Source: Cyanophora paradoxa CCMP329 | Lineage: Eukaryota; Plantae; Glaucophyta | Direction: 5' to 3' | Length of the DNA: 49,350 bases | Assembly: GCA_004431415.1 (NCBI GenBank) | Contig: QPMI01000309.1 | Coordinates: 1-49,350 of the forward strand | In this document: positions 38,476-49,350 of the stretch, in pieces | Layout of the letters: each line of letters begins with the position of its first letter | How positions within the stretch are numbered: position 1 is the first letter of the stretch | Position numbers and translations under genes: made by a program | The notes under the pieces: generated by a model | What the model was told of the DNA's origin: nothing | Databases searched by the model: none | What the model saw: the letters and a program-made list of their open reading frames with translations, nothing else

Positions 38476-40968
38476 GCTCAGGACTTTCCGGCACGCTCGC
38501 AATGGATTGGTACCGGTGGAGAGCCCGACGGATGCGAAAAGCAACGGCAGGGCGATGCGTTCTAGATCTGGGATGGGAAGCTTTGGGGTATTCAGTATTC
38601 GTCTCTCTGTAGAGGTTTGCCATTCAGTTCAAATGACGCTTTAGAAACAATTGGCGCATGGTCGGATAAGGTGGCGGTCAAAAGTTTTAGCTTATGCCCG
38701 GCGGCCCCCCTTCCCACGCGCCGCTGTTTCCAGTACTAGAGGCCCGGCCGGACCGCAAATTCAAATGACGCTCGCGAGAGCTCCCGTACAGTGAATCCCG
38801 TACAGTTGTATACTTGCAGTTATCGGCCTCGCCAGGGCTCATGAGGGATGGATCCGGAGGAGTTGATCAAGGGGTGAGCGCGCGGGTCTGGTTACGGCTA
38901 TCACCGAAAACCATGGCTCCCCCACTCAGGCGAACCTCCCATATTGAGCGACCCATGGCCGGCAACTAGCTAGCACCTTCGGCTAGACAGATGACCGTCG
39001 GACCGGTCGGAAGGGCACGTCACGTAGAACATTGATACATGTGCCGTGGTGTATCAATGCGACGTCCACTTTTGCAAAACAAATTGCAGTTATCGGCCTT
39101 GGGGGGCAGGCCTAGGCCTAGGAGATATGGCAGGAGATCTAGATCTAAACCCCTCAAGTTCTTTTCTTCAACCTCTTTCCAACCCAGCATGCGCACCGTC
39201 GAGGGTCGGCGCCCGGCGGCCCTCGGGCCAGAAAGCTGCCCACTGGGCCACCGACAGAATGCCGGGTCCGGCTGGAGCCAGCGGGCGGGGCCAACGCGGA
39301 CGACGGTGAGGGGCGTGCAGCCTGGCAGTCGACGTCGTTGGCAACGAGGGTCGACGCGTTGAACTCCGGATCCGCCCTGGGGGCGCCGAATCGAAGTCGA
39401 ACGGGACTGAAGGCGCGAGTGCAGCGCATCAGCATTAAATTAAATATCACAGTATTGCGCTCCGGATCCCTCTATCTACTCGCGTTTTTGTCTCATCGTC
39501 GCTTCGATTCCGGTGCCGCCCTAGGCATAATCCCTAAGTGTAAATCTGTACTATATATTGCAAGGGGGGAAGGATTCCCCCTTGCTTCCCGTTCCTTCGG
39601 CGGGACCCTCGCTTCAGCCAAAAAACTTTTTCTACGAGGCCGTTTCCGAGGGCCAGTCTGCAAGTTTTGCAACGCGGGAAAAAAATGATGGTTATTCGAG
39701 ACGCGATGGGCTCGGTGGACCGGTCAGCCCTCGACTTTCGAGCGTCAAAATCGAGCTCGCGAGAGCTCTAGATCTCTCGAACTCGCGAAAAGTGGTTTTC
39801 GAGGGGAAAATCAACTTCTCCCTCACTCCGGACTCTCCCTTGCGCGGATCTGCATGGAACCACTTCTCCCTAGCTGTCTCCTCTAGATTTCCGCTTCCGG
39901 ATCCTCGCACTGCGCCGCGTACGCCGCACGGTACCCGTGCCGCCTGGACTACTTTTCACTGCATCGAGCACGCTGTCCGGCACTCGTGCTTGAGCTTGCA
40001 CCGCAAAACCCGTACCGCTTGCGCCGCTGTCTAGCTGCGCCGCTGATCGCAGCCGAGCACGCGTACGCCCGGCCGTCCAGACCGTGCTCTCTTGCTGCGC
40101 TCAGCACGCCGCCGAAATCGAGCTTATATATATACCGCAGAACCGCGTACGCGCGTGCGCCGCTGCCCGCAGCCGAGCACGCCGGCCGGGCCGGGCGCTC
40201 TTAAGCTTGTTGCGCTCGGCACTCCGCTGCTCGGCTTCTCGGACTGGCCGCGGTGCTTAAGCTTGCTTCGGCAGATTGCCCCGCAGCTTTATGCCCGCTA
40301 GTAGCTTCGCCAAATTGCGCGCGTGAGTCTGCTGCTGACCAAGTCCGCACCAGATGGGACGGCGATCTGCAGCCGCTTCTGTGCCCGGAGACGTCGTCCC
40401 GGGGCGGGACTTCGTGGCGGGTGGCGCAGGCTGCACGCGTACGGTGGCAACACGGGCCTTTTCTATTTTTTCAATCATAATCTGTGTTTATCTTTAACCT
40501 TCAACGTTAACCTGCCGCGCGCACAGGGCGCGCATGTGCGTGCCCTTACGACTCTTTCATTGGATCCCGGTTCCCCCCTTGCACCCCCGGCGCGAAAATC
40601 GCGGCCGGGCCACTAGTATATACACGCCGGGCTCGAGCTCGCCCCATGGCCATCTTCAGGGGCTTGCAATTGCAGATCCTGCAAGCTTTGAGCTCGAGTT
40701 CGGGGCGGATGCACATGTATACGTACACATCTATAGCTAGATCTGGAATTCGAACTCTGCCGCAGTGCTAGCGCTCTTCATGATCATGATCATGCATATG
40801 ATCGGGTCAAAATTTAAATGCGGTTGCAGTACACGAGACGGTGCTGCTGCGCGTGGCGACTATTATCACAACTGCAAGCACGGAGCGCGATTAATATTCA
40901 TGTCCTAAGGAGGCACGAGAAAAAAGACCGGAAACACGAAAAGCAAATCGCTGCTCGCACGCAGGCCC

Positions 40969-42456
40969 CTAAGCCTGAGCCTGCGGGCCGAGGGGCTGGG
41001 GCTGGGGCTGGCGGATCTCGACGCGGACCGGAGCGAGGGAGACGAAGGACGGGGGCCCGCCGGGCCTCGTGAAGGTGCCTGCGGGCGGGCGCGGCGCGGC
41101 GCGCGCCTGCTGTCAGCGAAGGAGCGCCCCACGTCCGGCCGGCGCGCGCGCACATTTCAAGCCGACGCTGTAGGTGCGGAGGCCTAGGGCCTCGCCGGGC
41201 GCGATGCTGTGCGTGGCGTGAGGCCCGCGGGGCGTGCGCGGCGGCGGGGCGGGCGGGGCGCACTCGGTGCGGGCGAGGTAGGCGTCGAAGACCTCGCGGC
41301 TCAGGTGCCACGCGAGGCCCGCGCCGCTGACGGAGGCGACGGCCGCCGCCCTGTGGGGCGCGAAGAAGAGGCCGCCCCAGGACTCGCCGACGCTGGCGTC
41401 CACCCCGCCGGCGCCCCACTCCTCCCACAGCGCCGCGTGCAGCTCCACGCGCACGCTCGGCCGGCAGCTCTGCAGCAGCAGCTCCGGACACACGCCCAGC
41501 ACCCTGCCCCGCGGCCGTCAGCAGCTGCAGGGGCCACCCAGGGGCGATCGCGAGCAGGGGAGGCGGGCGGCGGAGGGGCAGATCTAGCACGGCGTCGGCG
41601 TTGCCCCGCACGGACGTCTCCCATGCAATCGCCGGCTGCGGGTGGTACGCCTGCGCATGCCCCGCCTGGGCCCCCGGCCCGCCTCAGCCCGGCGGCCGCG
41701 GCCGCCACCGGCAACGTTAATTATAACGGGCTGGGGCGCGGGGTCGGGCCGGGCTGGGGCCGCTCTCACCACGACGCGGACGGTGCACGAGGTAAATCGG
41801 TAGACGCTGTACAATGTGGCGGAGGCGGACGCTCTCGGCGTAGGGGGGCCGCCCGCTCAAGACCCACAGCGCCCCCGGCCGCGGCTGCACGCTCGGGTCG
41901 ACCTCGAGCGCGTCGCGATTGTTGCTGGCGCGCGCTGACCTGCACGCATGCGCAGTCGCTAGCGCTGGCGCGCGGCGGGGAGGGCGGCCGCGGGCGGGAT
42001 GCAGTCGCGGGGCGGCAGCGTGAGGTTCCGCCGCAGGCCTAGCCTCCTAGGTCGCCGTGCACGTGTCGACCGGCACGTGCACGCGCAGCTCGGCGCCGGC
42101 CGGCGGGCAGGCCCCCGGCAGAGCATGCGCGCGCAGCGGCGCCGGCTCCGGCTCGCGCACGAAGATCTAGAGGCCGTAGGCCGCCGGGCGAAGGAGCAGT
42201 TCCCCTCGGGGCCCTGTCGCCGAGCCACGGCGGCCTGTCAGGGGGCGCCCCGGGGGCGCCGGGCGGCGCGGGTCGCGGGCCGGCGCCGCGGGGCCGGGGC
42301 CGGCGCCGGGCGGAGCTCGGGGGCGCGGGCTGGGGCACCTCGCCGGTGGGGTTGTCGACGCGTACGCGTACGCTACGGTGCCGCGGTGCCGCCGTGCCGA
42401 CCCGGCGCACGGTACGGTGGGCCCTCGCCGGCCATGGCCAGCTGCAGGGCCGGCAT
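40969..42456 (-). CDS. Hypothetical multi-exon protein
   Basis: Coding-like exons with GT/GC-AG borders: VLGVCPELLLQSCRPSVRVELHAALWEEWG...WHLSREVFDAYLART, IAPGEALGLRTYSVGLKC and TFTRPGGPPSFVSLAPVRVEIRQ...stop. The 5' exons and start are uncertain and no family was recognised. Confidence 0.5.
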
Positions 42457-42651
42457 GGCGGCACCGCCGCGCCGCTTTACCGTGCGCCGGGCCGGCACGA
42501 GCAGCGAGCGCTATAGCTGTCAGAGGCGCCGGTAGCTGCTGGCCAGGCTCGGTTGCTTGCTAATTAATATTGAGGCTCCACCTCGCCGGGGGGCGAGCTT
42601 CGAGCCGGGTACAGCGCCTTCGCCCAACCACCGCGGCCCGCGAAGATATCG

Positions 42652-45015
42652 ATGCCGCAGCGCGTGTGCTACTTCTACGACGGTGCGCGAAGGACTCTCC
42701 GCTCCACCGCATCGCCTCCGACGCGCCTGGCAGGCGATGTCTCGAAGTACTACTACGGGCCTGGCCACCCGATGAAGCCGCACCGCCTCACGCTTACGCA
42801 CCACCTGCTCCTCGGGTACGGGCTGTACAAGAAGATGGAGATCTACGTATCCTCCCCGCCGCTCGCGCCCTCCTCCTCCCGACGGCCCTCGCCCGCTCCG
42901 CCGGCGCCCTCGGCGCGCGAGCCGCAACGGCCCTTGACGGGGCGCGACGCGCCGGGCAGCGTCCGCGGCGGGCGACGGAGGAGGACCTGCGCAGGTTCCA
43001 CTCGGACGACTACGTGGACTTCCTGCGCCGCATCGCGCCCGACAACGTCGTGGAGTACTCGAAGCAGCTGCAGCGATGTGCGCGGCCCGCCCGGCGCCCG
43101 CCAGCGCGCCGACGCGGGACGGGGGCAGTCAACGTGGGGGAGGACTGCCCCGTCTTCGACGGCCTCTTCGACTTCTGCCAGATCTACGCCGGCGCCAGCC
43201 TCGGTCCTGCCCCGCCCCCGCCCTCCCGCCCCTTCCTTTTCCCTCCTTTCCCCGGCCCGACCGACGTGGCGGGGCGGGCGGCGGGGCGGCAGACGCGGCG
43301 CACCGGCTGGTGACGAACAAGGCGGACATCGCGATCAACTACAGCGGCGGGCTGCACCACGCCAAGCGCGGCGAGGCCTCGGGCTTCTGCTACGTCAACG
43401 ACATCGTGCGCCCCGGCCCCCGCGCCGCCGCGCCGCCGCGGCGTGCAGCGAACGGGGGCGGGCGGGGGACAGGTGCTGGCGATCCTGGAGCTGCTGCGGT
43501 ACCACCCGCGGGTGATGTACATCGACATCGACCTGCACCACGGCGACGGCGTCGAGGAGGCCTTCTACTGCACCGACCGCGTCATGTGCCTCTCCTTCCA
43601 CAAGGCGCCTCGCCCCGCCCCGGCCCGGCCCGCCGCCCCGGCCCCGGCTCACAGGGCTGCGGGGCGGCAGTTCGGGGACTTCTTCTTCCCGGGGACGGGC
43701 GACGTGACGGACGTGGGGGCCCAGAAGGGCAAGTTCTACTCCGTCAACTTCCCCCTCAAGGACGGCATCACCGACGAGATGTACGAGCACATCTTCCGCC
43801 CCGTGCGCCCCCCTCCCGCCCTCCCGTCCCGGCCCCGCGCCCCCGCGCCGCGAAGGCGGGTTGCGAGGCGGGGCGGGGCGGGGGCAGGTGGTGGCCAAGG
43901 CGGTGGAGGTCTTCCAGCCGACGGCGATCGTCATGCAGACGGGCGCCGACTCCCTCACCGGCGACCGCCTCGGCTGGTTCAACCTCTCCACCAAGGGTGC
44001 CCCGCCCCCGCCCCCGCCCCGGCCCCGCCCCGGCCCCGGCTTGAGCGGGGCGGGGCGGGGCGGGGGCGCAGGGCACGCGGCGTGCGTGGGGTTCGTGAAG
44101 GGGCTGGGGATCCCGCTGGTGGTGGTGGGGGGCGGGGGCTACAACATCCGCAACGTCGCGCGCTGCTGGACCTACGAGACCAGCGTCCTCCTCGGCCAGG
44201 ACGTCTCCCCCGAGGCCCGCCCCGCCCCGCCCCGCGCCCCGCGCCGCCCTGCGCTGCTCTTGAGCGCGGGGCGCAGCTGCCGTTCAACGACTACTGGCAC
44301 TACTTCGGGCCCGACTTCAAGCTCCACGTACCGCAGGCCCGCCCCGCCCCGCCCCGCGAGCCCCGCCCCGCGACCCCCCGCCCCGCCCCGGGCCCCGTCC
44401 GAGGCGGGCGGCAGAGCCCGCACATGGAGAACCTCAACCGCCGCGAGGAGCTCGAGAAGATCAAGCGCGCACGCCGCCCCCCCGCCCCCGCCCCCGCCCC
44501 CCGCCACGGCCGCGAGCGGGCGGGGCGCAGGCAGCGGTGCTTCGAGAACCTGCGGCAGCTGCGGGGGGCGCCGAGCGTGCAGTTCCAGGACATCCCGCCG
44601 AGCCTGTACCCCCGGGCGGAGGAGGACCTGGCGGACGAGGAGCGGGACCCCGAGGCCCGCAACAAGCGCACCGAGGCCGAGTTCAAGCAGGCCCGCCCCG
44701 CCCCGCCCCGCCCCGCCCCGCCCCGCCCCGCCCCGCCCCGCCCCTCGCCGGGGCTCACGCCCCGCGGCAGAAGCCGGAGCCGCGGCGGGCGCGGAACGAC
44801 ATCTGCGGGGCGGACCCCGACGCTGGGCCCCCCGGGGGGCCGGGACGCCCAGCGAGCCCTCGCCGTCCCCTCCCCGGCCCCTCGGGCCACGCCGCCGCCC
44901 CCTCGCCGCCCCCGCTGGGCCCCGGCGAGGGCGCGGGGTCGGGGAGGCCTCGCCGGGGCGGGGCGGGGCGAGCCCCGAGGGCGGCGGGGCCGCCGACGAC
45001 CCCATGGAGAGCTAG
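42652..45015 (+). CDS. HDAC3: Class I histone deacetylase, HDAC3/HDA9/Hos2-like
   Basis: [10 protein letters not shown]|[91 protein letters not shown] and [24 protein letters not shown] and FFPGTG favour the HDAC3 subgroup over HDAC1/2. Confidence 0.9.
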
Positions 45016-45587
45016 GCCCGCCGCCCTCCCCCGCTCCGCTCCAGCACCCCCCGCCCCGCCCGCCCCGCCCCGCCCCCCGCCGCCCCCGCATAATGCCCTC
45101 CGCCTCGTAATCACCACACCCTGCCTTCTTCTTCCCCGGGGGCCGGGCGCCGTCATCCGCACCCCTCGAGCCCGTCGCCTTGGCCCCGCTGCGCACGCCG
45201 GTTTAGTGAGCGCCCCGCGCCCGATGTTGCGTCCAGCGCGGTACTGTCGCTTGTACTGGTATTCGATAGCCAGAAGATCGGAGAGAGATCGCGCGCGCAT
45301 AGGACGCGGAACGATCGGCGGCAAGGCGGTGCCGATCACACGCTCTAGCGCTATTGAAATAACACATCTAAGCCATTAAGCGGAAGGCAGAAGAATCAGA
45401 AACAGCGATAGCTGCTAATTATATAAAAGACTCGCGAATGGATGAAAAGCGGGTTCTAATCATTTCTAATCATTAACAAGTTTCGCGACTAATTTTAAGC
45501 AACGACGAGCGAAAACGATAGCAGCCGATCGACGGGGCGGGAATGATGTGATGAAGAGTGCGCGGGGGCGAGGCGCCCCGCCGCGGG

Positions 45588-48500
45588 TTAGAGGCCGGAG
45601 GCGGCGAGCTGGGCGACGAGGGCGGCGAGGTGGGCGCGGATGCTCGCCGTCGCCTCGATGACCTCCGGCGGCAGCATCAGGATCATGAACGACGTCCTGC
45701 GCCCCGCCGCCCCTTAGCGCGGCCGGGCGGGGCGGGGGCGGGGCGGGTGCGGGGCGGGCCGGTGGGTCTCGTCCTGGAGGGTCGAGATGATGCGGGAGAG
45801 GAGGAAGAGGTACTCCAGCCCCAGCAGCAGCTGCGCCCCGGGCGAGGGGTCGGGCTCGGCGCGGGGCGGGCGGGCGGGGCGCGGGGCGGACGAGGATGGC
45901 GGCGAAGCAGCAGCTCTGGACGGTGTGGAGGCGGGCGAGCTCCTCCCGGGCCTCCTGCGTCAGCAGCGCCGCCAGCCGCTCCACCCCGGGCTGCAGCCCC
46001 GGCAGGTTCGTCGCCGTGATGAACTGCCCGCCCCGCCCCGCCCCGTCGGGCCCCGCGGGGCGTGGGGGCGGGGGGGCGGCGGGGCGGGCACCCGCATGCG
46101 GGGGTTGGTCGGGGCGAGGCGCCCCAGGTCGGGGCTCGTCAGCTGCCACGCCTGCGCCGGGGCCGGCCTCAGCGGCGCGGGCGGCCCGGGGGCGCGGGCC
46201 GCGGCCGGGGCGGGGCGCGCGTGGCGGATGAAGGAGAGCAGGAGCGTCTCGAGGCCCTCCGTGAAGAGCACGCCCCCGGCCGCGCAGTCCGCTGCCCCGC
46301 GTCAGCGGGCGAGGTCCGAGGCGGCGCGGCCAGCCGGGGGCGCACCGGGCGTCTTGGCGAAGCAGGCGGGGGAGAAGAGGAGCTCGTCCGCGGGGGCGTA
46401 CCGGTGCAGCATGCCTGCCGGGGGCTCAGGGGCGGGGGATGCGAGCGGGCGGGGCCGGGGCGGGCCGCCGAGGTGGAGGGAGCTGTTCCCGAAGAGCAGC
46501 GCGTCGTGCGCCGCCCGCATCTGCCCGGACCCCGGCCCCTTCAGCACCGGCCTGGCGCCGGGCGGGGCGGGGCGGGCGGGGCGGACGCGGGCGACGGCGT
46601 CGGCGACGGCGGCGCGCTGGCGGGCGACTCCCGCCGCGTCGGGCGACGTCGCCATCTCGAGGAGGTGGTAGTGCAGCTTCATCGCCAGGCTCCCCAGCAG
46701 CGCCGTCTGCTCCCGCTCCCCCGCCGCGTGGTCTGCCCCGCCCCGCCCCGCTCGCCTCGGGCGCGGCGAGGGCGGGGCGGCGGGGTGGGGGGGCGGACCG
46801 CAGCTGTCGGTGATCTCCAGGCCGACGACGAACCAGACGAGGATCACCGCCTGCGCGCCCCGCCCCGGCCTCAGCGCCGGCCCCGGGGAGCGAGGGCGGG
46901 CGGGCGGCGGGGCGCGCCCAGACGGCGAAGAAGGCGCCGCAGTACTGGTAGGTCACCCGGTCGGCGCTCGCGAGGAAGCGCCCCGCCCGCCTCGCCAGCG
47001 CCCCCGCGGCCCGCGCAGCCCGCGCCGCCCGCAGCACCGCCGCCGCCGGCGCTCGCGGGCCGCGGCGGCGGCGCCGGCGCCCTCCTCCTCGTCGCGGGGC
47101 GAGGCCGAGCCGCGGCGGCCGGCGCGGCCCTCGGCCTTGGCGGCCTTGTGCGCGCGCGCCGCGCGGGCGTGCGTGGGGCGCCTGTCGGTGGAGAGGCCGG
47201 CCTCGTCTGCGGGGCGGGCCGGGGACGTGAGGCGTGAGGCACGAGGGGCGCGAGGGGCGGGGCGTGGGGGGGCGGGGCGGGGTACCGGCGAGGTCCTCGA
47301 CGTCGGCGAGCGAGTCGTCCTCCGAGCTGCCGGTCGGTCAGGCCCCGCGTCAGGCCCCCGAGCCCGCCGGGCGGGTGGCGAGGGGAAGGCCCCCGGCGCA
47401 CCTGTTGTCGCCGTTGGAGGCGCCGGCGGCCTCGTCGCCCGAGCCCGAGCCCGAGGCGCGGCGGACGAGGGCGAGGCGCGCCACCGCCGCCCGCGGGATG
47501 TCGTGGAAGAGCGCTGCGGCGCCGCCGTCGGCCCGGCCCCGCGCGGCGGGGGCGGCGGGGCGCTGGGGCGGACCGAGGGCGGCGGCCTTCTCGCGGCGGA
47601 CGCGGGCGACGGCGGGGCGGAAGAGGCACGCCGCGAGCGCCACCAGCAGCACCGTGATCGCCACGAACATCCCCTGCCCCGGGCGTGAACCCGAGGCGCG
47701 GGGCGGGGCGGGGCGGGGCGGGGCGGGCGGACGATGAGGAAGGCGCGGATGCGGAGGAAGTCGGTCCACGCGTCCTCCACCAGGCCCCCCGCCGCCTTCA
47801 CCAGCGCCTCGTACAGCAGCGCCGGCCCTGGCCCCGCCCCCCGGGGACCCCTTCAGCGCCCCCTGCGCCCCCGCCGGGAGCGGCGCGGCCGGCGGGGCGG
47901 CACCGTTCTGCTCGACGAAGAGGAGCGGGGCGCGCGCGTCGGTCCCGTTCCGCAGCGTGGCCATGCTCGCCCTGCGCGCCCCGCCCGCCCGCCGCGTCAA
48001 GGCGCGAGCGGGGCGCGGGGGCGGGGCCGGGGCCGGGGCGCGCCTGGCGACGGAGCGCGCGGCGACCACGAAGTCGAGGCCGGCCTGCCCGGCGAGAGGG
48101 GTCCTGAGCAAGGCGGGGGGCGCGGGGAGCGGGGCGGGGGGCACCTGCCAGAGGGGGACGCGCTCGTCGACGACGACGCCGGCGTCGCCGAAGGCGCGCC
48201 GCACGAGCACCAGCGGCTGCGTGTCCTCCGGCACCCGCGCCCCTGCACGCCGCGACTCAGCGGGGCGGGGGCGGGGCGGGGCGGGGCGGGGCGGGGCGGG
48301 GCGGGGCGGGCCGTCGCGGAAGAGGGCGATGTGGCGCGCCTCGAAGTCCGACGCCGCCCGCTCCAGGCTCGCCCGGCTCCTGCCGCCCCGCCCCCCCGCT
48401 CGCTCCCGCGCGCCGGCTGGAGCGCGCGGGGCGGGGCGCGGCGGGACGGGGGCGCACTCGGCCTCGAGGGCGCCGGTGCGGTCCCACTCGGTGCCCCCCA

Positions 48501-49350
48501 GGTGGAGCAGCTGCGCATTCAGCGCGATGTACGTCGCGTCCGTCGCCCGCACCCCCGACTCGCCCACCGCCTCCACGTCCCGCGCGCTGCGCCCCGCCCC
48601 GCCCCGCGTCGGCCGGGGAAAGCGGGGGGGGCGGGGCGGAGGCGGACAAGGTGTCGGCGAGGCTCTGGACGACGGCGAAGAGGGTCGAGGCGAGGGCCGT
48701 CACCGCCACCAGCACGCCCACCACCACCTGCCCCCGCGCCCCGTCAGCCGCGACCGGGGGCGCGGGGGCACGGGGGGAGGGGGGGCGTGCCCAGCGCATG
48801 CGCGTGATGGCGGCCGTGCGCGTGTCCCGCGCCCCCTGCGCCCCGCCGCCGGGGAGCGTCAGCCCGGCGGCGCCGGGGGGACGGGAGGCGCGCGTCGTGC
48901 CTGGATGCGGCGCTTGATGCGGGTCCAGCGCCGCAGCCGCCTCTCGCGCGCCGCGGGGTCCTCGACCTTCGCCGGCTCCTCCTCGTGCCCCGCCGCGTCG
49001 GGCGGGGGGCGGCCTCGGCCCCCGCGAGGCGCACGTCGCTCCCCGCGCGGCGCGTGCGGAAGCTCTGGCTCTTGAGGATGCCCCGCGCCACCCCGGCGCC
49101 CCCGGCCCCCGCCCCCGCGCCCCCGCCCGCCGCCTCGCCCTCGCCCTCGCTGTCGCTCTCGCCGGCGCGGAGGATGCCGACGCTCAGCACCGGGTGGCCC
49201 CGCCCGCCCTGCGCCCCGCCCCGCCCCGTCGGTTCCGCCGGCCCCGCCGCGAGAGGGCGCGCGGGGCGGCGGCCGCACCGAGTCGGGCCCCTCGTGGGCC
49301 CCGTCGCCGCCCGGCGCCGCGAAGGAGCTGCCGCCGCGTCGGGTCAGCGC
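45588..49350 (-). CDS. 3' part of a TmcB/TmcC (tiny macrocysts)-like multi-pass membrane protein; 5' end outside the window
   Basis: TM segments (VVVGVLVAVTALASTLFAVV, MFVAITVLLVALAACLFRP) alternate with helical ectodomain-like exons. C-terminus LLLGLEYLFLSRIISTLQDETHR|TSFMILMLPPEVI resembles the TmcB-type end. The family call is from motif memory only. Confidence 0.55.

Overview
Eukaryotic nuclear DNA from a very GC-rich, intron-dense genome. Introns are short, with C-rich 5' halves, G-rich 3' halves and frequent GC-AG borders; the style suggests a glaucophyte-like protist, which is an unverified impression. The six-frame ORF track is mostly spurious, so gene models were rebuilt by splicing exons by eye. 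In order, the window holds: an ADCY10/sAC-like tandem cyclase plus P-loop gene (minus, runs off the left edge); a 4.7-kb Ginger2/TDD-type DNA transposon (TGT...ACA, ~108-bp TIRs, 5-bp TSD) whose intron-containing integrase lacks its catalytic centre but stays in frame; a Cdc7/SepA/MAP3K-epsilon kinase; an FkbM-like membrane protein; organellar uS17; a small Cys-rich type I membrane protein with a degenerate partial copy; ATP synthase subunit g; MAT1; a selenocysteine thioredoxin reductase (GCUG plus SECIS); an 11.3-kb lower-GC gene made of shuffled Cys-rich exon cassettes joined by 14 copies of a 46-nt hub exon, one cassette carrying an in-frame 84-aa foreign insert (best candidate for an undescribed system); a hypothetical gene; an HDAC3-like deacetylase; and the 3' part of a TmcB-like membrane protein (minus, runs off the right edge).
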